Positions 44,031 through 54,629 of a DNA stretch of 64,000 bases are shown here, one piece after another (the first letter of the stretch is position 1; every line of letters starts with the position of its first letter). Position numbers and translations under genes: made by a program. Source of the stretch: Microcoleus sp. (lineage in GTDB: Bacteria > Cyanobacteriota > Cyanobacteriia > Cyanobacteriales > Microcoleaceae); assembly GCA_042408215.1 (NCBI GenBank), contig JAYFMW010000017.1, positions 576,001-640,000 on the forward strand, written 5' to 3'. The notes beneath the pieces were generated by a model. That model was given only the letters and a program-made list of their open reading frames with translations, did not search any database and was not told where the DNA came from.

Positions 44031-44816
44031 CTAATAAGTCCCGCCGCGATCGGTAAATAACATATGTGCCACACCTTCTAAATCAGTATCGGCTCGACCG
44101 ACTTCTTTACCATTTTCTCTATAAATGTAACCTGATTCTACTCGTCCTACAAAAGAATCATCAGCCCACCGACAAATCTGTCCGTTTTTACTAAGATATC
44201 GGATATGGTCAGATGTTGAGTTGTAAAAATCTCGCCCATGCACATGACAGACTATTTGTGTGGTTCCGTCGAGTTTGTGTAGGTGCAGGTCGCCAGTGCG
44301 ATCGATAGGAATGAATGGGCCGTCTCCAGAACTAGAATGGGAGGAGTTAAGGATGTGTGGCGCTGCATTTGTGTGGTTTTCGTGGTGATTTGTTGCGGAT
44401 GCAAACCCGGTTGCGGAATTGTGCTGGTGAGTATCTTGGTGGTAAGTGTCGTGGCTGTGAGTCCAATCTGTTTGGGGATGTTGCTGGTTGAAATTGTGCG
44501 ACGTATCAGTCCAATCGCTGTGAGTTGCTGATGTTTCTGTTGCGAATCCGTGTTCGGGATTTTGCCACTGATTATCTGCGTTGTGAGTGTCGTGGCTGTG
44601 AGTCCAGTCGCTTTGGGGATGTTGTTGGTTGAAATTGTGGGAATTATCGGCCTAATCGCTGTGGGTGATGTCTGATGTTGCTGGGTGGTTGAGGTTGTGG
44701 TCGTTGAGGTGTAAGTTGTTGTGGGAATGATCCAGATTGTTTGGTTGATGGGCGTCGAGACCGAGGGATTGCATGCAATCGTCTAACGGGGAGTTGCTGT
44801 CAGAGGTGTGATTCAT
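44031..44816 (-). pseudogene. His/Asn/Asp-rich repeat protein with one in-frame TAG (44652-44654)
   Basis: 262-codon frame MNHTSDSNSPLDD...THSD*ADNSHNFNQQHPQSDWTHSHD...GRADTDLEGVAHMLFTDRGGTY; the duplicated repeat has W at the stop position. Confidence 0.65.
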
Positions 44817-45198
44817 GGGTTTGGGGAATGCTGGGGAGTTTTCTCTATTTTGACAAATTACTTTGTACTTTGCCTCCAGGGCGATTCCCTACGGGATAGC
44901 TTCGCTCGCGCGGACTTTTTGTGGCGATCGCGCCCTAGATTTTAGAGGCTTTGTGTAATATTAGGGAGACAAAAATTAACTAACAGCCGAGAAGTCCCTC
45001 GGTATATTTAGAGGGGAGATATCGGAGCGCTTGCGCTCAGTACCCCGAATAAATTACCGCAGGGATGAAAGGCGCGTCGGTCATCGCCCCCGGAGCCCGA
45101 CAATTAGACTTCGGGAGTACCTTAATTTTTGATGTACGTTCTAAATATTGTAGTAGGAAAATGGTATATTAAAGTAGGTCGAAAAAAGGAAGCTTCCA

Positions 45199-46599
45199 AT
45201 GCAACTGACATATAAATACCGCCTCAAACCCACAAAAGCCCAACTAATAACCATCGCAACCCACCTAGAACTCTGTCCTAGGCAGTACAACTATCGACTG
45301 GGTGAAAGATTTAGATGGTGGAAATCAACAAGAACGCCTATTAACGCCTGTCCTTTAACTGCTTCTATAGTTCCTGTCGAGGAAATCTATCAAAACATTC
45401 CCTTGCTCAGAACGCAAACTAGGAATGGCAAAAAAAAGATGATTCAGGCAATCCTTTAACTAGGAAAGGTGATATTTTCTCAAATATTGAAGGTGGTTAT
45501 GTGCAATGGCAAACCATACAGTTAGCCGACCTGAATAAAACTAAAAAGCTATTTCCTGAATACAAACTCTTGGATTCCCAGGTTTTACAAGATGTAGTTA
45601 ACAGAGTAGAAACTTCCTTTTCAAACTTTACTACACCTGACAAAAACGGGAATCGTAGAGGTAAACCCAAGTTCAAAGGTTTTCACTACTACAATTTTTT
45701 TACTTATCCTCAATTAGATAATTTAGATATTATCAAGGATGTGCCAAACAGGATTTGTATTGACCTTGCAAAAATAGGTCAAGTGCCGAGGGTTTTCCAT
45801 CGCCCAATACCGACAGGATTTAAGGTTAAGACGGGAACAGTTATCAGAGAAGCAGATAGGTGGCATATCTCCCTAACGCTAGAAGATAAAACAGTTCCCA
45901 TAACGGTTGCAGAAATTCAACCGACCTCAGAAAACAGTCTCGGTATTGATTTGGGAATCACCAATTATGTCTATATGTCCAATGGTGAAAGAATTGAAAA
46001 CCCTAGATTCTTGAGGAAGTCTGCTGAGAAATTAGCAAGACTTCAAGCGAAACTAGCTAAAAGAGATAGGGGTTCTAAACGTTGGCAGATTATTAAAGGC
46101 AAGATTTCTAAGCTTCACCAGTTTCTAGCCAGAGCGAGAGTTGATTTTCAGTTTAAAACGGCACAGGAGCTATTTGGCAAGTGTGATGTTTTGATTGTTG
46201 AAGATTTGAGTATCAAGAATCTAACCAGACGTGCCAAGGTCAAGACCGACATTGAGAATGGCAACTTAGTTTATTTGCCAAATGGTCAAGCGGCTAAGAG
46301 TGGCTTGAATAAATCAATGCTTGATGCTGATAATGGTCAATTCGCTACTGTTCTCAAATACGTTGCTTGGAAGTTAGGAAAGAGCGTTTTATTTGTTGAC
46401 CCCAAGGGGACTTCTCAACACTGTTGGAATTGCCTCAATAAAGTACCGAAAGAGTTATCGGAGCGATGGCATTCTTGTCAATGTGGGGAGTCCTTAGATA
46501 GAGATGAAAATTCAGCCAAACTTATAAAGAAGATTGGTCTAAATTACGAAAGTGGCGAGGGAACTTCGTCACTCAAAAAAGCCCTTGCAAAAAGGGAAA
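45199..46599 (+). pseudogene. tnpB: TnpB (frameshift at A8 run 45430-45437; last codons lie after the intron, 49079-49110)
   Basis: MQLTYKYRLKPT HTH, RuvC GIDLG / VEDL / DRDENSA, Zn finger CWNC..CQC. Confidence 0.85.
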
Positions 46600-49078
46600 G
46601 TGCGATTCGTTTAACCTAAAGTAAACTGAAAAGCTTTACGAGACGGTTAGCCCAGTTGATGAGACTGGTGATAACTGATTACATTTGTAGGTGAGACTCC
46701 GTGAGTCAAGTCCTACCCTCCAAGTGCAGGAGTGAAAGCATAGCCCCTAGTATACTGGGTAGCAACCATTAGGCTAAAGCGGGGTTAAAAGGTAGAACTA
46801 CTAGAAGCTGAATCTGGTAACTATCGAGCCAGAGTCCATGCGTAGCGAAAGCAGTGATGTATCTGAACCATCGTAATTTGCAATGGTGTAATAGCTGAAT
46901 CAGGATAAATCCGTTGAGAAACACGGTAAAGACTGATTAACACGCCCGCCAAAAGGCAAGGATAGGGCATAAGCGGTTTTTCCTCCGACTTATAAGCACC
47001 GCCCAAAAAACCCGGTGGATAGCATCGCGCTAAAGACTTAATCAATATGTAATCGGAACGAAGTAACTCTCTTAAATCTCTGGATAGGTCGATATTCAGT
47101 AAGTAGCTAACGAATGATGTAAGGGAGAGGGATTGTATCAAAAGCGAATGCCTCACTGTAATGGTGTGGATATGCTGACAGGTACACGGTAATTCCAATG
47201 GAGTAGAACAAGTAGCAATGAATATATCTAAAACGCTGAACAATCAGACGGTGGAGTGGAAAGACATCAAATGGCGAAAGTTAGAAAAGGTGGCTTTTAA
47301 GTTGCAAAAGCGCATATTCCAAGCGAGTGAACGTGGTGATGTTAAAGCAGTTCGCAAACTTCAGAAGACCCTGATTAGGTCTTGGTCTGCAAAATGTATT
47401 GCGGTGCGTAGGGTAACACAAGATAACCAAGGCAAAAATACGGCTGGTGTGGATGGCGTGAAATCCCTGACACAAAAGCAACGTACTAACCTTGTTGGTA
47501 AGTTAAAGTTGGAAGGCAAGGCAAAACCCACTCGTAGGGTTAATATTCCTAAACCTGGAACAACCGAAACTAGACCACTAGGAATCCCTACAATAAGCGA
47601 CCGCGCATTGCAGGCGCTATGTAAGATGGCGTTAGAACCAGAGTGGGAGGCAAAGTTTGAACCTAACTCTTATGGTTTTAGACCAGGGCGTTCCTGTCAC
47701 GATGCGATTGTGGCAATTCATACCAATATCAACCAAAAAGCCAAATATGTGCTGGATGCTGATATTGCTAAATGCTTTGATCGTATAGACCATAAAGTAT
47801 TACTCTCCAAAATATATACATACCCCACTCTAAGCCGTCAACTTAAGACATGGCTCAAAGCAGGGTACTGTGTGCAGGGTGAATTATTCCCTACTAATGA
47901 AGGTACACCACAGGGCGGGGTTATTTCTCCGCTACTGGCAAATATTGCCTTACACGGTATGGAAGAAAGAGTTAAACAGTATGCAGAAACCCTGATAATG
48001 CTCTCTCCTGGTGGATTCAAACTAAACAAAAACCAGAGAAAAGACACACTCAGCTTAATCCGCTACCCTGATGACTTCGCGATCATCATCCATGAGGATT
48101 TAAGCGTAGTCAAGAAATGTCAGGAGATAATTGCAGAATGGTTATGTGATATGGGATTGGAATTAAAACCAAGTAAGACAAAATTAACCCACACCCTCAT
48201 TGAGATTGATGGTAATGTTGGGTTTGAGTTCTTAGGATTCCATGTACAGCAGCATGAAGTAGGAAACTACCGTAGTGCCAATACATCACAGGGAACACCA
48301 CTAGGTTTTAAAACACTAATCACACCCTCAAATGCCAAGGTTAAAACCCATCTAGCCAAGATTGCTGAAGTAATAGATTCCCACAAAACCGCCCCACAAG
48401 CTGCTTTAATCAGCAAACTGAATCCAATAATCAGGGGATGGTCAAACTATTATTCAACACAGGTAAGCAAGGATACCTTCTCAAAGGTTGATATGCTGAC
48501 ATGGCAAAAGTTAAGAGCCTGGGCAAGAAAGAGAGGGGAAGGGGACATCAATAAAGACAAATACTGGCGAACAGTAGGCGATAGAAATTGGTGTTTCAGT
48601 ACCGAGGATGGATTAGAACTACTCACCCATGCAAGTACGCCAATCGTAAGGCATATCAAGGTCAAGGGAGAGGCTAGTCCGTTTAATGGAGACTGGGTTT
48701 ACTGGAATAAGCGAAGAGGCGAAAGCCCGGATACCCCAAGCAGAGTATCAAAATTAATCAAGAAACAAAAGGGTATCTGTTCTCACTGCGGTTTGTATTT
48801 TACCAGTACAGACATTGTAGAAGTTGACCATATTAAACCGACCTCGTTAGGTGGAAAAGACACCTATGACAACCTACAACTTTTGCATAAACACTGCCAC
48901 GACACAAAGACAGCAACAGACGGGTCAATGCGCTCCGAAGGAAGTGTTAAAACCTGATAGTTGGTCTTGAATCGTACCTATAACAAAGATGGAATTATCA
49001 AGGAGCGGAATGATGCGAAAGTATCACGTTCCGTTCTGAAGGAGAGGTAGGAGTGGTAACGCTCCTATCGACTCTAAC
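46600..49078 (+). mobile_element. Group II intron (IIB/chloroplast-like class)
   Basis: 5' GTGCG at 46600; domain V GAGCGGAATGATGCGAAAGTATCACGTTCCGTTC (49003-49036); domain VI ending ...CTCTAAC at 49078. Confidence 0.93.
47218..48957 (+). CDS. ltrA: Group II intron reverse transcriptase/maturase with HNH endonuclease domain
   Basis: TAGVDG, RPLGIPT..DRA.Q, SYGFRPGRS.HDA, GTPQGGVISPLLAN, YPDD, NPIIRGW.NYY, EVDHIKP..LGG..NLQLLH..CH. Confidence 0.95.
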   Translation: MNISKTLNNQTVEWKDIKWRKLEKVAFKLQKRIFQASERGDVKAVRKLQKTLIRSWSAKCIAVRRVTQDNQGKNTAGVDGVKSLTQKQRTNLVGKLKLEGKAKPTRRVNIPKPGTTETRPLGIPTISDRALQALCKMALEPEWEAKFEPNSYGFRPGRSCHDAIVAIHTNINQKAKYVLDADIAKCFDRIDHKVLLSKIYTYPTLSRQLKTWLKAGYCVQGELFPTNEGTPQGGVISPLLANIALHGMEERVKQYAETLIMLSPGGFKLNKNQRKDTLSLIRYPDDFAIIIHEDLSVVKKCQEIIAEWLCDMGLELKPSKTKLTHTLIEIDGNVGFEFLGFHVQQHEVGNYRSANTSQGTPLGFKTLITPSNAKVKTHLAKIAEVIDSHKTAPQAALISKLNPIIRGWSNYYSTQVSKDTFSKVDMLTWQKLRAWARKRGEGDINKDKYWRTVGDRNWCFSTEDGLELLTHASTPIVRHIKVKGEASPFNGDWVYWNKRRGESPDTPSRVSKLIKKQKGICSHCGLYFTSTDIVEVDHIKPTSLGGKDTYDNLQLLHKHCHDTKTATDGSMRSEGSVKT

Positions 49079-49228
49079 AAGAAGCCTGCGGTCTAACGGT
49101 ACGACCTTGACCGCCAGGTTCGTTCACGGATATTGGTGATGACAACGACTGTGAATCAAGCCAACTCCGAGTCAAGTGCAAAAATAGTTGTGGGTGCTAT
49201 GTTGGGGTGTAGGCTGTTGAGAACAAAC

Positions 49229-50077
49229 ATGAAGAGGGCTATTTTGAGTGGGGGAATTGTTGCGACAATTCTCAGTCTGGTATCGCCTGTGCAAGCTTTG
49301 CAGGTGAAGGTGATGCCGACAAATCCCGAACTGGGAGATACGCTGTCAGTAATGATTCAGGTAGACGGTAGCGGTGAAACTCCAACGGTTTCAGTACAAC
49401 AAAAAAACTACCCAGCTTTTCCGATGGGGAACAATCGCTTTCGGGCTCTGCTACCTACAACTCCCCTAGAGAAAGCTGGTGCCCGCCAAATTAAAGTCAC
49501 TGGTGACGGAAAGGTCCAAGACTTGAGCGTACAGGTGCGATCGCGCGATTTTCCCACTCAATCCATCTGGTTGCCGCCTGGGAAAGACGGTGAAGGTACT
49601 GATGCGGAATTCGATCGCGTAGACGTATTTAAAGCACTGGTGACACCCCAAAAGTTTTGGAATGGCCCACTTTTGCGTCCCAACTCTGGTGAAATTACTA
49701 CCATTTACGGTGTCCGCCGATACTATAATGGGGTGTTTGCCCAAGACTACTACCATCGAGGCATCGATTACGCCGGTGATTACGGTTCCCCTATCCTTGC
49801 ACCAGCAGCCGGTCGGGTGTCTCTGGTGGGACGCGAATCTCAAGGGTTCAAAATTCACGGCAATGTCGTTGGTATCGACCACGGTCAAGGGGTAGCAAGT
49901 ATTTTGATGCACCTGAGCCGCATTGATGTCAAGGAGGGCGATTTCGTGACAGCCGGTCAAGTAATTGGTGCTCTGGGGTCAACGGGGGCTGCGACAGGCC
50001 CTCACCTACACTGGGGACTTTATGTAAACGGGCAGGCGATCGATCCGGTACCTTGGCGACTTCAGGGAGTTGAGTAG
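49229..50077 (+). CDS. M23 family metallopeptidase
   Basis: HRGIDY (HxxxD) and GPHLHW (HxH); signal peptide. Confidence 0.9.
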   Translation: MKRAILSGGIVATILSLVSPVQALQVKVMPTNPELGDTLSVMIQVDGSGETPTVSVQQKNYPAFPMGNNRFRALLPTTPLEKAGARQIKVTGDGKVQDLSVQVRSRDFPTQSIWLPPGKDGEGTDAEFDRVDVFKALVTPQKFWNGPLLRPNSGEITTIYGVRRYYNGVFAQDYYHRGIDYAGDYGSPILAPAAGRVSLVGRESQGFKIHGNVVGIDHGQGVASILMHLSRIDVKEGDFVTAGQVIGALGSTGAATGPHLHWGLYVNGQAIDPVPWRLQGVE

Positions 50078-50599
50078 GTATTTTCAGGGATTTTGATGAA
50101 TAAAGCCGTCTATTCTGGGGTAAGTTTGTGGCTGGGGTTTAAAACAGTAGCCTAAATTTCTAGAATTATCTAGATTTTTTCAGACTTCTAAAGCAGAGAG
50201 CAACAATCGTGATAAACTCGAAAAACGCTTAATTAGTGCGGGTTGTTAAAGCTTACTTGGCGTGAAAACCAGAGAAACACTTGACACAAACTAATCATCA
50301 AAAAACCAAATATTTCAAGTCCTCTGTTAATTTTAGCAGTCTCTAACTGGGAAGCTCAGGCCAACCTGAGCAATCAGGAAGCTTAGAGCACTCGATCGGG
50401 GCTAAACATAAACCGCTAAGTTTGACTGGGAGATTTCTGCTTGTTTTTAGAAGCGGTAGATAACTGAAATTGGTGATCCGTATTGAGTTTTGATTGGGAA
50501 CAAAATTCTCAACGACAGCCTCAAAACTCCAATCTCAAGACGCAAGTAATCGCGTCTTCACAAAACTCTATTATTGATGCCATTGAGCGGGAAGCCTAT

Positions 50600-51136
50600 A
50601 TGAGTATTGAAAAAATTGTTGAACAAGCTTTGCAGGATGGCTACTTAACGCCGTCTATGGAAGCTGAGGTGGGACGAATTTGCAATACGGCTTCGGAATT
50701 GTCGATCGAAGAGTATATGGCTCTCGATCGTCTGATGGGAGCTTTATTGACTGGGGAAGTTGTGGTTCTTCCTCGCAAACAGTTCATTAACGTGATGGAA
50801 GAGTTGGTGCTCAGTGATGCGATCGCCAGGGTGGCAGAAATTGAGGCTACCAGCGATCGGACTCTGGATGTGGGAGACATTGCCGCTTATGCTTTAAATA
50901 GGCTCCCACCTTTGTACGCTACAACTGAAGAAGGGGCTCTCTTTCAAAGGGCTAGGGCTAAAGAGCAACTTCACGATTTGATTGCCAAAGAAGTCAACGC
51001 AGCGATCGCCCGCAACTTGGATCGACCAGAACCGGTCAACCCCACAGCTTTGGGCAAGTCTTCTGGAAACGAAGTTCTCTCGCAGCTCAGCACTTGGCTA
51101 CAAGCCAACGCCACTAATTTTGAACCGAATCCCTAG
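50600..51136 (+). CDS. ComFB-domain protein (late competence ComFB family)
   Basis: FINVMEELV, DIAAYALNRLPPLYAT motif. Confidence 0.85.
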   Translation: MSIEKIVEQALQDGYLTPSMEAEVGRICNTASELSIEEYMALDRLMGALLTGEVVVLPRKQFINVMEELVLSDAIARVAEIEATSDRTLDVGDIAAYALNRLPPLYATTEEGALFQRARAKEQLHDLIAKEVNAAIARNLDRPEPVNPTALGKSSGNEVLSQLSTWLQANATNFEPNP

Positions 51137-51732
51137 TTTAATCCCTACAGAGTACAGAGCTCTGTAGGTTAAGTCGATCGCCCTCAATTTAGAAGGCGCG
51201 ATTTTTAGTTTTTACTCAACACTCATTTGAAGGCTGAAGGCTGAAGGCTGAAGGCTGAAGGCTGAATTTTTCAAGTCAGAAGGCCTTCGTCAGAATTGCA
51301 GAAAAATTTAAAACTTCAGATTTTTTTGTTCGTTAATAGCTGGTAAAAGTATAGTCATCTATTACAGTGCCATGGGAGGCGTTGAGTCCCTCCCCTTTCG
51401 CTTTCACTTCGAGCGGATTAACCCTTCTAAAGCTGAACTACGCAGCTCTCTATCAAGAGTGCTAAACGCATTTGGGATTGCTTTTCTCAAAATATTGTAA
51501 GACCCGTTAACATCGGCGTTAATCAATCGATCCTTCTGACCATATGATACTACCATTGTCTATTGATGCTTACAATCTTAATGAAGTTTTACAATACCAA
51601 AAAACCTGCTTGCTTCTTGCTTCTTTTTACCCGCTCAGCTTCGCCGCTATAGCCTTCTTGCTGCTTGCTTCTTGCTTCTTTTTACCCGCTCAGCTTCGCC
51701 GCTATAGCCTTCTTCCTTCTGCCTTCCCATGA

Positions 51733-52446
51733 CTAATTGGTGCTGTCTGTCACCTCACCGGAGGGGCTAGCGCTGGCTTGAGTCTCTCGCTTTTCGCGTT
51801 TTTTCCGTTCCGCTTGGATCGCATCTTCCAGCACGATTCGCGCTTGGGCCATTTTTTCCAGATTGCTGCGGTAGAGGTCTAAATCTTTGCTAACTTTATC
51901 GAATGGCAGGTTTAAGGCTGCACAGACTTGTTTGAGGGCTGCGGTTCGGGTTTCTTGGTCTTTTACCAAATCGAGGTCAGCTTTTTCTAGCAGCGAAAAC
52001 AAGCCGATCGCGAACAAGCGGCTGTACTTAAATTGAGGGTTACTGGCGATCGCCCCTAAAGACGCTTGCAAATCCTGAGTATCTGCAAAACTGGTCGATC
52101 GTTCCAGCCACGCCACCAAGTCAGTACCGGAAAGTCGCATTGCCAAGCTTTCTAATCGCTGAGCGTCTTGCTTGTATCGATCGGGATCATCACCGAGAGC
52201 CTGACACAGACCATTAAAAATCGAAATCCGGTCTTTTTCTGGCGCGTACCCCAGCATGAATCGATCGAAAGCTGTCACCACACCCAAAGCATAAATCGGG
52301 TCGTATTGAAAATCGACATTCACCGAAAGCAAGTGCATTTCTACCATCAACTCTTCCACCACACGACGGTAAATTGAGTTAATCGGTCGAGTGTGAATCG
52401 TATAGAAACTTCGCTTAGTATCTGAAACAGTACGGTTCTTGTTCAC
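51733..52446 (-). CDS. thf1: Photosystem II biogenesis protein Thf1/Psb29
   Basis: RTVSDTKR.F...[35 protein letters not shown] start inferred. Confidence 0.95.
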   Translation of the reverse strand: MNKNRTVSDTKRSFYTIHTRPINSIYRRVVEELMVEMHLLSVNVDFQYDPIYALGVVTAFDRFMLGYAPEKDRISIFNGLCQALGDDPDRYKQDAQRLESLAMRLSGTDLVAWLERSTSFADTQDLQASLGAIASNPQFKYSRLFAIGLFSLLEKADLDLVKDQETRTAALKQVCAALNLPFDKVSKDLDLYRSNLEKMAQARIVLEDAIQAERKKREKRETQASASPSGEVTDSTN

Positions 52447-52847
52447 CTGAGTTTTATAGATAAATAATTTTGCCACAGCCTTGTGCTGGACAGCGTGAGT
52501 AAAATCGGGCGAGTTGCTCCGCGCGGGGGCTGACAAAAATTGCCAGTTTTTGCAATCGGTGTCGCCAGCAACGGAGCCAAAACTTGATAAATCAGCTACA
52601 GTCGGTGATTTACATATTTTTCCCAATTTTATTAGGGTCTCTCTACAATCATATCTTAGCTGGGATTGTTAAGAAACTTAATCTTCTGATTTACTCAGCT
52701 CATCATGGGCATAACACAATAAAGTTTTATTGTCAAGCTACAACCTCAATTATGCGATCGACATCGCGATCGAGGAATTTGGTCTGGGGCCCCCGGATTC
52801 ATCTGCGAGCTCAAATCTCAAATCTCAAATCTCAAATCTCAAATCCC

Positions 52848-53944
52848 ATGACACCTTCTCCTGAATTAATCGCTTTAGCTGAGTACATGACAGGCGAGTT
52901 TGACAACCGAGAACAAGCACTTGCCGAGCCGGCTTGGTACGTCCACCTTCGCTTGTGGCAAAGACCGCTACCCGTTGCTCTCTTCGACGAACCCAGCATT
53001 GCCCTGTTTGCCGAACAAGCCAACATTCTGGAATTAGACAAGCCCTATCGTCCTCGCATCGTACAACTGAGGCATTCACAGACAGCGGCGGGACTTCTAG
53101 AAGCTCAGTATTATCAGAAAATTGGGCGGAGCGTAGCGGAGGGTTAAAACCCCGTCCTTTTAGGACGGCTTTATTGCCAAAAAGTTCTAAAAGTTTCCCA
53201 AATTTCCCAAATAGTACGGTATACTACAAATAGATACAGGTAGAATAACCGCGGGCATCGAATGGATAACCAACCCCAAAACGACTGGCTAGGAAACAAT
53301 AATGTCTCGTGGGTGGCGAAAACCACAAAAACATAGCTAGGGTCGCCATCGCGCACCCATACCAGAAAACTCAAAATCTTAGTAGTTAGATGTACCGTAG
53401 GGCATACGGGAACAAAGGGAGTGATCCCTTAACGCTTGGGGAGACAAGCCCTCTGGAGCTATTCAAATTAGGCTCGAAACACAGGTTGAATTGGACGGGT
53501 TTTTGGTTTAAATATTGCCGAAAGGATGAATGGTTTAAAGGTGTGTCAGTGAACCAAGAATCCCCGCGCGTTCACGCCCGGGAGTGTCAAATGTTCAAGG
53601 ACATTGAATCTGTCCGGGGAGCCGGTCGTAACCCCGACTTGCTCGGAAAGCTAACGAGGGAGCAAGTCGAACTACTTCCGGGCTGCACATTGGCAGTTGC
53701 CGTAGAAAATTTAGCCCTAAATCGCTATTGCTTTCGGGCATCTCTGCCAGTTGGCACTCTCTGCGGCTTTGCTTACAGCGGGCAAAATTACCAAGTAGAC
53801 TTGGGATTTGAAGCCAAAGCCGAGGAATTTCTCAGCTATGACAAAGAAATAAGCCCCACGACAGGCAAGGCTATCTGGGGAGCTTTAATGGGCCCTTTTA
53901 AATTCGTCAAGCGTCAGGATTTCGCTTCTGAGGTATTGGTTTAA
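52848..53944 (+). pseudogene. cpcT: CpcT/CpeT-family chromophore lyase split by a 476-bp insertion
   Basis: GEFDNREQA...WYVHLRLWQRP...PYRPR / LPGC..SYDK..WG..GPF; 52848-53114 + 53591-53944 rejoin in frame (206 aa). Confidence 0.85.
53115..53590 (+). mobile_element. Non-autonomous IS605-family element (ends plus omegaRNA-like region, no protein gene)
   Basis: TTAT|CAGAAAATTGGG...AAAACCCCGTCCTTTTAGGACGGC left end; GAATCCCCGCGCGTTCACGCCCGGGAGTGTCAA right end identical to that of 56075-57419; no target duplication. Confidence 0.88.
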
Positions 53945-53946
53945 AG

Positions 53947-54076
53947 GAAGGCAGAAGGCAGAAGGCAGAAGGCAGAAGGCAGAAGGCAGAAGGCAGAAGG
54001 CAGAAGGCAGAAGGCAGAAGGCAGAAGGCAGAAGGCAGAAGGCAGAAGGCAGAAGGCAGAAGGCAGAAGGCAGAAG
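53947..54076. repeat. STRR heptamer (AAGGCAG)n, ~18 copies
   Basis: Direct reading. Confidence 0.95.
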
Positions 54077-54185
54077 GAAGAAGGCAAGAATTTACCATCT
54101 TCCTGTTCTTCCACTGCTATGTTCCTGGGGGGCTGTGACTCTCAATCTTCAGCTTCCCTTACACCGCAACCGATGCCAGATTTCC

Positions 54186-54548
54186 TCAACTGGCGCGAGG
54201 AACCCCCTCTAGAGCTTCTTCTTCCGTGTCAAAAATTTCAAACACAGAATCCATCATGGTGACTTCAAACACCAATTTGGCTTCTGGATGAACATTGCAA
54301 ATGCGGAAACTTCCCTTAACTTTATCTGCATCCCGCATACCTGCTACCAATGAAGTCAGACCAGAGCTATCTATAAAGTTAACCTGACCAAGATTCACTA
54401 CAACATGGCGGCTGAGTTTGGAAATACACTCTTGCAACTTGAGGCGGAATTGCCAAGCTGTTGTGATGTCCAGCCGTCCTGTCGGTGCTAAGACGATAAC
54501 TGTTGTACCGTCTTGAAGCGTGTGGGTTTTTTGATCAATATGAATCAC
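54186..54548 (-). CDS. STAS domain anti-sigma factor antagonist
   Basis: GRLDI..A, V.FIDSSGL..LV motif. Confidence 0.9.
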   Translation of the reverse strand: MIHIDQKTHTLQDGTTVIVLAPTGRLDITTAWQFRLKLQECISKLSRHVVVNLGQVNFIDSSGLTSLVAGMRDADKVKGSFRICNVHPEAKLVFEVTMMDSVFEIFDTEEEALEGVPRAS

Positions 54549-54629
54549 TGACCCTTCCCTCAAAATTATGTTCTATCGCGGTGGTTACTTTTCCAGTAGT
54601 TTAACTCAGGTCGGTAACTACAGAGGCAT

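Larger units (their letters stand above)
44980..49127 (+). mobile_element. IS605-family TnpB element interrupted by a group II intron
   Basis: Hairpin-rich left end (boundary approximate), tnpB, right end AAGAAGCCTGCGGTC...GACCGCCAGGTTCGTTCAC resuming after the intron. Confidence 0.75.

Noticed and set aside
47218..48957. DGR or retron reverse transcriptase serving the nearby VR
   Set aside because: It has maturase X and HNH domains and sits inside a complete group II intron; no TR or avd seen.
53115..53590. IStron (group I intron)
   Set aside because: I could not identify group I core elements, and the insert ends in TCAA rather than the terminal G required for group I splicing.
53390..53944. 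184-aa ORF as an independent gene
   Set aside because: Chimera of IS-derived sequence and the 3' half of cpcT; likewise 52584-53147 is the 5' half with a spurious extension.
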